Shown here: in pieces, positions 57,366 to 64,000 of the stretch
Position numbering within the stretch: the stretch's first letter is position 1
How the letters are laid out: every line of letters begins with the position of its first letter
NCBI GenBank assembly: GCA_023423795.1
Contig: JAFAEX010000158.1
Span: 5,627-69,626 of the forward strand
DNA length: 64,000 nt
Source of the DNA: Chloroflexota bacterium
GTDB lineage: Bacteria; Chloroflexota; Chloroflexia; Thermomicrobiales; UBA6265
Direction of reading: 5' to 3'
Notes under the pieces: model-generated
Database searches by the model: none
What the model saw: only the letters and a program-made list of their open reading frames with translations
Told to the model about the DNA's origin: nothing
Made by a program: the position numbers and the translations under genes

Positions 57366-57700
57366 TTGTCCAAAATCGTCCGGGCATCGGCGGGGCGGGC
57401 ACTATGACGGCGGTTGCCAGATCGATCCGGCCACCGACCACGCCCGCCCGGGGATGACGGCAGTTGCCCAAATACGCCCGGCATCGGCGGGGCGGGCGCG
57501 ATGAATCGCGCCCCTACAACCGGGTTGAGATGCCGCGGCGCGTAGGGGCGCGATTCATCGTGCCCGACCGTCGCCGGATTTCCGCATCAAGTAAGCAAAC
57601 CCAATCAACCCCGGGCATCCCGGTGGTCCGGGTGTTTTCGCGACCGCCATGATCGACCCGCCCGGAGCCGGTATCCGGATCAAATAGGCAAACGGCAGAA
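57366..57700. repeat. Repeat island: roughly 97-bp-spaced direct repeats plus a 19-bp (22 with wobble) perfect hairpin
   Basis: TTG(T/C)CCAAA..CG.CC(G)GGCATCGGCGGGGCGGGC at 57366 and 57464. Hairpin CGATGAATCGCGCCCCTAC (57499-57517) / GTAGGGGCGCGATTCATCG (57542-57560). CCGGAT..ATCAA.TA.GCAAAC at 57575 and 57672. Confidence 0.8.
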
Positions 57701-57743
57701 TGACCCGAACGACGGCCGCGGTCTGTGGGCGGCAATGTCGTGG

Positions 57744-60700
57744 CTACGTTCCAGGTTCGGATGACGCGGGCGTGGTCTTGCGGGTCCGCTTGCGCAGCGA
57801 TGTCTTTGCCTCGGCCTCGCCTGCTGGCGCCACTGTTTCCGGTGACGCTTCCTTCGCGGCTCGCGTCCGCCTCCGTGGCTTCAGGCCGTCGGGTTCCGGC
57901 GAAACGGACTCGGCAGCCGCCGGCCGAGTGGATTCATCGGCAGGCGCGCCCACCTGGACTACGGCATCCGGCGGGGAGTTGGCCGCGCGCCGTGACGACC
58001 GCTTCGGTTTTTCGACCGGCGGCAGTTCGGGAATCGGGTCTACCGAAGCCGCTGCCTTGGCCCGGCTTTTTCGCGGTTTGGCGGAACCCGCTTCCGGTTC
58101 GGGCTTCGCTGCTGGGGCGGTGGGTTGCTCGTCGTCGGCGGTGGCCGGGGTGACGCTGCGCTTGGTGCGGCGCCGGCGAGGCGACGCCGGCTCCGGGTCG
58201 GGTTCCCGTTCGGGCAACTCGGGCAGTTCGATCGGCGCGAAGCCCAGCAGCAGCGATTGCTCGACGATGTCCCGCTTCAGGAGCCGTTCGGCCTCCGAGA
58301 GGGTGCGCAGGAGCGGCCGTTCCGGGTCGATGCCGACGAGCATTTCGCGGACCTGGCGCAGCAGGTCGATGGTCTTGTTGAAGGTGACGACGAGGTCGCC
58401 TTCGGAGAGTTCCAGCGCCTCGCCGATCTCGGCCATCGTAGCGCCAAGGGACCAGGCGCGGGCCGCGCCGTAGAAGTTCGGGTTGTGCCCCTCGGAAATG
58501 AACAGCCCTTCCGCCCGCTCCTCGCCGAGCACCGAGCGCTCGATGTCCTCGATGCGGCGGCGGGCGAGCACCAGCCGGTCGGGCAGCACGAACCGGTTGC
58601 CGTAGCGGTACTCGCGATCGAACGAGAACCACGAGAAGACCTCGGCCAGGTCCTCCGGCGGCAGGCGATCCAGCAGCCCACGATCGACCATTTCGCAGAG
58701 GATGAGGCCGTCGTTGTCGAAGACCTCGGCCAGCATGTCGGCCTTTTCGGTCGGGTAGCCGCGGTGGAGGTAGCCGAACCGGTGCAGGACGTTGCGGATG
58801 CCGCGGATGACGCCGCGAATCCGCTCGTCCTCGGCGTCGAGTTCCCGCCCGAGGCGCGCTTCGACCTCGCGCCGCTCCTTGTCGAGTTTGTCCACCGCCG
58901 CGAGGTAGTCGCGGTGCTCCTTGCGCCGCTCGCAGGCGTGGCAGGGGTGGTTGTGCCGCTCTTCGAGGATCGTCTTGACCTCGACCGCGGCCTCGGCCAG
59001 CGCTTCGGACAGGCGGGCGCGCTCGTCGCCCAGCCGTTCCCGCTCGCGTTCGCGGTGGGCGGCCAACTGCGCGTCGAGGTCGGGCAGACCGAGGGCATCA
59101 ACGCGCGCCCAAAGGTCGGCGAGTGCATCCTCGCCGACCAGGTCGCGGGCATCCGACACGGTATCCGGCGGTTCGACCAGCGCGGCGGGAAGTTCGACGA
59201 CGCGGTCGGTCAGGTGGTCGATCTGTCGGTATTCGCCGACCAGTTCGATCGTTTCGCCGAACAGGAAGCGGCCGACGCCGCCCTGCCCGCCGCGACCGAC
59301 GAAGATGCCCCAGCCACGGTTGCGGACGTGGGCCATGAGCCCCGGTTCCGCGGCGCGAAACGCCTTGCGCAGCGCCTGCCGTCCCGGTTCCGGCCACGGC
59401 GTGGTCGAATCGATCGAGAGTTCGGCCATGCGCGCCTGTTCGGCGAGCCGCCGCTCCGCGCCCTGCGCGACGGTCAGCGAGTTGGTGACGCGCCGGTAGT
59501 CCTCCAGCAGTTCGTCGCCGGCGTCGAGGCCGATCAGGCAGCCCTTCGGCACCTCGTCGATCTCGCGGCCGAGGGCGAGGATCTCCTGCTCAAGGTCGCG
59601 CACCCGCTGGGCCGACTGGAACTGGTCGAGGCTCTGCTGGAGCATCGCCCGCACGCGCTCGCCCTGCGGCGGGTCCCAGAGGTTGAGGACGGTGTTGTAG
59701 CGGACGCCGAACGCCGAGCGCACCGGGTGGAGTTCGCCGGTCGCGATGTCGAGCGATTCCCGGAAGGTGAACCACGGGGAGTAGGGGACGACGACGTGCC
59801 CGTAGCGGTCCATGCCGCGACGGCCGGCGCGGCCCGCCATCTGCTGGAACTCGTTGGGGATCAGCGCGCGGCGGCGGCGTCCGTCCCATTTGCTCATGCG
59901 GCCGACGATGACCGTGCGGGCCGGCATGTTGACGCCGAGCGCGAGGGTGTCGGTCGCGAAGACGACTTCCATCAGGCCGCGGGTGAACAGCACCTCGACG
60001 AGTTGCTTCAGGATCGGCAGCAATCCCGCGTGGTGGAACCCTATGCCGCGCCGCGCCAGCGAGGTGATAGTGCGGACCTGCTCCAGTTCGCGGTCTTCCG
60101 GCCGCAGCCCGGCCAGCACGGCGGTCATCGTTTGTTCGATCAGGTTCGCCTGCCGCTCGCCGATGAGGTTGGGGCGCATGACGGCCAGCCGCTCGGCGAA
60201 CGATTGGCAATCGTTGCGGCTGAACAGGAAGTAGATCGCCGGCAACAGATCGTTCGCCGCCAGGGCGTCCACGATCTCGCGCGGCTGCGGTTCGTCCATC
60301 TCCGGGACCGCGCGTTCGCCGGGGCGGGCGCGGTTGCCGCCGCGGTTCGATTGCCGCCGCAACTCGCCGCCGGTGTGCGGGAAGTCCTTGACCAGGTTGC
60401 CGGTGTGGTCGAGCACGAGGTGCATCTTGCCGTTGAGGAAGTAGTGCAGGGCCAGCGGGACGGCGCGCTGGTAGTGGGTGACGAGGCGAATCGGGCGGTG
60501 GGTGCGCGAGATCCAGGCGGCGATCTCGTCGGCGTTCGAGACGGTGGCCGACAGGCAGATGAGTTGCACGTGGTCCGGGCAGAGGATGATGGCCTCTTCC
60601 CATGTGGTGCCGCGCTCGGGGTCGGCGAGGTAGTGGATCTCGTCAAAGACGATACACTCGACCGGATCGAGGTCCCATGGGGTCTGCAACAGCATGTTGC

Positions 60701-61175
60701 GGAGGATTTCCGTGGTCATCACCACGATCCGGGCGTCCCGGTTTTCGCTGACGTCGCCGGTCAGCAGGCCGACCTCGTCGCCGTAGATGCCGCGCAGGTC
60801 GCGGTACTTCTGGTTCGAGAGCGCCTTGATCGGGGTGGTGTAGAAGACGCGCCCGGCGCGCTTGAACGAATCCCAGACGCCGAACTCCGCGACGACGGTC
60901 TTGCCGGTGCCGGTGGGCGCGGCGACCATGACGGACTCGCCGTGAAGCAGCGTCCGGATCGCCTCGCGCTGGAAATCGTCGAGGTCGAAGCGGTACATCG
61001 CGGCGAAGGCGTCGATGTCGGCCTCGACCGCCGGATCGAGCGGCCACGGGCGCGGGTCGGTTTGCGGCAACGGGCGGGGCGCCGCCTGCCGCTGCTCGCG
61101 CTCACGGTCGCGGTGGTCGTGTCGGTCGTCCGTGGGCGGGCGACGCTTGGGCCGGAACGAACGCTTGGGCGGCAA
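57744..61175 (-). CDS. Ski2/HelY-like DEAD/DEAH-box RNA helicase with about 230-aa basic Pro/Ala/Lys/Arg-rich C-terminal tail
   Basis: Motifs APTGTGKT, DEIHY, SAT, MAGRAGRRG. Arch and DSHCT-like region (FYGAARAWSLGATMAEI). Tail from about 58440 down to 57744. Confidence 0.9.
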   Translation of the reverse strand: MPPKRSFRPKRRPPTDDRHDHRDREREQRQAAPRPLPQTDPRPWPLDPAVEADIDAFAAMYRFDLDDFQREAIRTLLHGESVMVAAPTGTGKTVVAEFGVWDSFKRAGRVFYTTPIKALSNQKYRDLRGIYGDEVGLLTGDVSENRDARIVVMTTEILRNMLLQTPWDLDPVECIVFDEIHYLADPERGTTWEEAIILCPDHVQLICLSATVSNADEIAAWISRTHRPIRLVTHYQRAVPLALHYFLNGKMHLVLDHTGNLVKDFPHTGGELRRQSNRGGNRARPGERAVPEMDEPQPREIVDALAANDLLPAIYFLFSRNDCQSFAERLAVMRPNLIGERQANLIEQTMTAVLAGLRPEDRELEQVRTITSLARRGIGFHHAGLLPILKQLVEVLFTRGLMEVVFATDTLALGVNMPARTVIVGRMSKWDGRRRRALIPNEFQQMAGRAGRRGMDRYGHVVVPYSPWFTFRESLDIATGELHPVRSAFGVRYNTVLNLWDPPQGERVRAMLQQSLDQFQSAQRVRDLEQEILALGREIDEVPKGCLIGLDAGDELLEDYRRVTNSLTVAQGAERRLAEQARMAELSIDSTTPWPEPGRQALRKAFRAAEPGLMAHVRNRGWGIFVGRGGQGGVGRFLFGETIELVGEYRQIDHLTDRVVELPAALVEPPDTVSDARDLVGEDALADLWARVDALGLPDLDAQLAAHRERERERLGDERARLSEALAEAAVEVKTILEERHNHPCHACERRKEHRDYLAAVDKLDKERREVEARLGRELDAEDERIRGVIRGIRNVLHRFGYLHRGYPTEKADMLAEVFDNDGLILCEMVDRGLLDRLPPEDLAEVFSWFSFDREYRYGNRFVLPDRLVLARRRIEDIERSVLGEERAEGLFISEGHNPNFYGAARAWSLGATMAEIGEALELSEGDLVVTFNKTIDLLRQVREMLVGIDPERPLLRTLSEAERLLKRDIVEQSLLLGFAPIELPELPEREPDPEPASPRRRRTKRSVTPATADDEQPTAPAAKPEPEAGSAKPRKSRAKAAASVDPIPELPPVEKPKRSSRRAANSPPDAVVQVGAPADESTRPAAAESVSPEPDGLKPRRRTRAAKEASPETVAPAGEAEAKTSLRKRTRKTTPASSEPGT

Positions 61176-61271
61176 CGCTGGGCAACCTTCCGTCGGTGCG
61201 AACGAGTCCTCAACCGATGGAGGATAGCGCAGGGACCGTGCAACGGGCCTTGCCGCGCCGTAAATGCCGGG

Positions 61272-61757
61272 TCATCCCTTGAAGGGGCCGGCCACCCTGG
61301 ACGTGATCCAGCCACCGTAGAAGCCGCCGGGCTGCGGGATGGCGCGCTCATCGTCCACCCAGCATTCGTCCATCGCCTGCGGGTAGAACGCGATGTGGCG
61401 GGCGATGGCGGCGAACCCGGGCGTCGGGTCCGGGTAGCACCACGCCGCGTCGGTGGTCCCGTGGCCGTTCGCTGCGACGGTGTAGTAGACCGCGATGCCC
61501 TTGAACTCGCAGATCGTTTGCCGCTCGGTGCGTTCGAGGTGCTCTACCAGCACGTCCTCGGGCGGAACGTAGTAGACGGGCGGGTGGTTGGTTTCGAGCA
61601 CCCGCCAGGCGCGGGTGGTGTCGGCGATGGTCGTGCCGCCGAAGACGACGCGGATGCGCTGGCTGGTCTGCTCGACGCGGGGCGGCGTTGGGTAGTCCGA
61701 CGCGAATTCTCGCGCCGGTGGCTCCACGATGTGTTCGGGGCGGTTCGATCCCATCAT
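61272..61757 (-). CDS. DUF427-domain protein
   Basis: Pattern VVFGGTTIADTTRAWRVLETNHPPVYYVPPEDV...CEFKGIAVYY...FYP is typical of DUF427. Confidence 0.8.
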   Translation of the reverse strand: MMGSNRPEHIVEPPAREFASDYPTPPRVEQTSQRIRVVFGGTTIADTTRAWRVLETNHPPVYYVPPEDVLVEHLERTERQTICEFKGIAVYYTVAANGHGTTDAAWCYPDPTPGFAAIARHIAFYPQAMDECWVDDERAIPQPGGFYGGWITSRVAGPFKG

Positions 61758-61873
61758 GCTCCTCCGTTGCGGCGTGAGAGGCGGGCAAATGCTGGCGCGA
61801 TGATGACCGGTCGCGCATGATCCGGCGAGGGGCGGCGCGGTCTGCCGACCCCGAAGCGCCGGAAGGGGACGGG

Positions 61874-62935
61874 ATGGCGGACGCGCGGACGGTGCGCGAC
61901 GTTGGCGAATTCGGGCTGATCGCCGAACTGGTTTCGGCGCTGCCGCCGGAGGCCCGGGCCGCGCCGGGCGTGGATCTCGGGATCGGCGACGACGCGGCGG
62001 TTTGGACGCCTGTTCCGGGCGAGCGGGTGGTGGTGACCACCGACAGCCTCGTCGAGGGCATCCACTTCCGGCTGGACTGGACCGACTGGGAGCGGCTCGG
62101 TCGCAAGACGCTGGCGGTCAACGTTTCGGATATCGCCGCGATGGGTGCGATCCCGCGGATCGCCGTGGTGACGCTGGCGCTGCGCGGCGACGAGCGGGCG
62201 GCCGATTTGCGGGCGCTGTACCGGGGACTCGGGAGTCTCGCCGCCGAGAACGGCATGGTCGTGGCCGGCGGGGACATCGTGCGCTCGCCGGACGTGCTGG
62301 CGCTGCACGTGACCGCGCTCGGCGAGACGGTGGGCGGCCGCGTCCTCACCCGGTCCGGGGCGCGCCCGGGCGACTCGATCGGCGTGAGTGGCACGCTCGG
62401 GGCGAGTGCGGCCGGGCTGGGCATCCTGCTCGCCGGGGAGGACGATCCGCGGCGCCGCGCCACGACCAGCGAGTTGTTGATCGATGCCCATCTGAATCCT
62501 GCGCCGCGGGTCGCACTCGGTCGGGTGCTGCTGCAATGCGGCGCGTCGGCGGCAATGGACCTGTCCGACGGGTTGCTCGGCGACCTGCCGAAGATCCTCG
62601 CGGCGAGCGGCGTCTCCGCCCGGCTCGACGCGGCGGCCATCCCGGTCGCCGCCGCGGTGCGCGCACTCTTTCCCAACGCGTGGTTCGACCTCGCGACGCG
62701 CGGCGGCGAAGACTACGAACTGCTCTTCACCGCCTCGCCCAAAGCCTGGGACCGGATCGCCGAGGAAGCGGCGCGGCTTGGCGCCACGGTCACGGCGATC
62801 GGGGAGATACGCGCTTCCGGCGACGTGCCATCGCTCGCGATCCTCGGCCACGACGGAGAGGAACGGTCCATAGGCACGGGCGCGTTCGATCACTTCGGAT
62901 CGGTACGGGGAGCGCCGGGAGCGGAAACGTCGTAG
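61874..62935 (+). CDS. thiL: Thiamine-monophosphate kinase
   Basis: GEFGLI...IGDDAAV...TTDSLVEGIHF...NVSDIAAMGA...GGD motifs. The stop TAG lies inside the first unit of the downstream tandem repeat. Confidence 0.9.
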   Translation: MADARTVRDVGEFGLIAELVSALPPEARAAPGVDLGIGDDAAVWTPVPGERVVVTTDSLVEGIHFRLDWTDWERLGRKTLAVNVSDIAAMGAIPRIAVVTLALRGDERAADLRALYRGLGSLAAENGMVVAGGDIVRSPDVLALHVTALGETVGGRVLTRSGARPGDSIGVSGTLGASAAGLGILLAGEDDPRRRATTSELLIDAHLNPAPRVALGRVLLQCGASAAMDLSDGLLGDLPKILAASGVSARLDAAAIPVAAAVRALFPNAWFDLATRGGEDYELLFTASPKAWDRIAEEAARLGATVTAIGEIRASGDVPSLAILGHDGEERSIGTGAFDHFGSVRGAPGAETS

Positions 62936-63094
62936 GGGCGTACATCTCGCACTGCATAGCCGGCCGGTGAACCCGTTCCGCGCGCTGCGGGTGGGTGGTG
63001 CGCGAATATATTCGTAGGGGCGTACATCTCGCACTGCATAGCCGGCCGGTGAACCCGTTCCGCGCGCTGCGGGTGGGTGGCGCGCGAATATATC
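62931..63094. repeat. 82-bp tandem duplication (2 units, 1 mismatch)
   Basis: Unit CGTAGGGGCGTACATCTCGCACTGCATAGCCGGCCGGTGAACCCGTTCCGCGCGCTGCGGGTGGGTGG(T/C)GCGCGAATATAT at 62931 and 63013. Confidence 0.9.
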
Positions 63095-63172
63095 CAGACG
63101 CGTTAGGTGGCAACACGTACGTTCACGCTGTTCCACAACCAGATCGAACGAAATCGAGCCGATTTACCTCGT

Positions 63173-63296
63173 CGTTCGTAGAGGAGGAACCCGTGCCCTT
63201 CCTCGTCCGTACACGACCCGGGGCACGGGTCCCTCCCCTATGAACGTACGGCAATGCGGTCGGGCGAAACGGCGGCGAATAGCCGGATTTCGTATC
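63173..63296. repeat. Family-2 repeat (26-nt imperfect hairpin arms plus conserved tail CCGGATTTCGTAT)
   Basis: Arms 63173-63198 / 63221-63246 (23 of 26 paired). Arm ends and the tail are homologous to 27329-27417. Confidence 0.75.
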
Positions 63297-63575
63297 AATG
63301 CATAGTGAATACCGAGCAAATGAAATAACTCACGTTTCTGGTTTCGATTCGTTGTCTACGGCCGATGGCTGCGGCAACGCCGGCCATCGACCGGATTTCG
63401 CCATAGCGGCCTTCGCGGCGTGCGGTGTTGCTGGTTTCCGGTTGCCAATAACGGTGTGCCACATGTGGACCGGGCGGAGCCGCATGAACGCGCGAAGACT
63501 ATTCGCGTGCTGTCCGAGGGAGGACGAGACGCCCGATTTCCCGAGCGGTACGCAAAAACGGCTCGGGAAACCGGA

Positions 63576-64000
63576 TCAGGCCGCGTCCGATCCCGCGCCG
63601 ACGGCGGCGGGCATCCGAGCGCCCGCGGCGCGGAGGCCCAGCGCGTTGGCCATCGTGTCGAACAGGTCGGTGTTTTCGATCAACCCGGCGACCTGTTCCG
63701 CGCCCGGCCCAGCGGCGGTAACCGGGACCGTGGCGGCGGTGTGGCCGGTCGTGGCCCAGCCGACGACGAACCCGTAGCCTGAGTCCGCGACCGGGAAGGG
63801 ACCGTCCTCGCCCGCAAGCAGCGTGTCGAGCAGCCCGCCGCCGGGCTCGTACGGGTAGGGGGTGTCGCCCGATCCAGCGATGGCCAGCCCGCCGGTTTCG
63901 TGATCGGCGGCGACGACGACCAGCGTATCCGGGTGGCGGTCCGCGAACGCGAGCGCGACCTGCACCGCGCGGTCGAGTTCGAGCACGCCCTTGATCGTCA
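63576..64000 (-). CDS. Alkaline phosphatase (PhoA family), C-terminal part; gene continues beyond the window
   Basis: VAADHETGG and GWATTGHTAATVPVTAAGPG motifs. The reading frame is open to the window edge. Confidence 0.8.
   Translation of the reverse strand, partial: TIKGVLELDRAVQVALAFADRHPDTLVVVAADHETGGLAIAGSGDTPYPYEPGGGLLDTLLAGEDGPFPVADSGYGFVVGWATTGHTAATVPVTAAGPGAEQVAGLIENTDLFDTMANALGLRAAGARMPAAVGAGSDAA

Noticed and set aside
58125-61820. 1231-aa ORF on the plus strand
   Set aside because: It is antisense to the Ski2-like helicase and DUF427 genes and has no motifs. It is the same GC artefact. The same reasoning applies to 690-2099(+), 10102-11916(-), 12468-14222(-), 14407-16488(-), 39650-41332(+) and 47638-49434(-).
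61758-61873. TPP riboswitch upstream of thiL (GTGAGAGG and AATGCTGGCG look vaguely like CUGAGA and AAUGCCAGCG)
   Set aside because: The ACCUGAUC element is missing, the spacing is wrong, and the gap is only about 115 nt. thiL is not normally TPP-riboswitch controlled.
63298-63777. 159-aa ORF on the plus strand across the repeat island
   Set aside because: It starts in AT-rich repeat DNA, has no RBS, and runs antisense into the alkaline phosphatase gene. The composition is not coding-like.

Overview
High-GC (about two-thirds G+C by eye) bacterial chromosomal core region. The taxon cannot be fixed from the sequence alone; gene content and repeat style suggest a Chloroflexota/Thermomicrobia-like or other high-GC Terrabacteria genome (low confidence). 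I support about 56 protein genes, 5 tRNAs, several rho-independent-type terminators and several interspersed repeat families. There is no rRNA, CRISPR array, transposase, integrase or phage gene. Gene content, in order: glycogen/maltodextrin genes (GH57 branching enzyme, MalQ); rpmE; rplU-rpmA; an S41 protease; GtrA plus a flavin oxidoreductase; PhzF-like; DAHP synthase; a class III aminotransferase; prfA; a Rieske oxygenase; a GT4 glycosyltransferase; hpf; selA; dnaG-dgt; pcrA; tilS-hpt-ftsH; a sugar ABC transporter with a mutarotase-like/SDR/enolase-family catabolic trio; a TroA/Mnt-type metal ABC importer with a DtxR-family regulator; the t6A operon tsaE-tsaB-rimI-tsaD; a Ski2/HelY-like helicase; thiL; and the 3' end of an alkaline phosphatase. 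I found no protein-encoded novel system (defence, mobile or secretion); on the protein level the window looks like ordinary housekeeping DNA. The unexplained signals are all non-coding. (1) A probably leaderless 38-codon leader ORF with the run F-G-F-Y-A-W-F, followed by an intrinsic terminator, lies directly upstream of DAHP synthase and is a candidate ribosome-mediated attenuator that senses all three aromatic amino acids. (2) Two inverted arrays, each of four TTCGG motifs phased at exactly 11 bp, flank a 176-bp GC-rich core with a G9 tract. (3) A hairpin repeat family (GTCATCCCGAGC..GTCGAGGGATC) occurs in 4 intact copies plus 1 decayed copy, and one copy carries compensatory arm changes. 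(4) A second, mosaic repeat family fills every convergent intergenic region of the window. This family includes an 82-bp tandem duplication that supplies the thiL stop codon. Long antisense ORFs in the six-frame track are GC artefacts.
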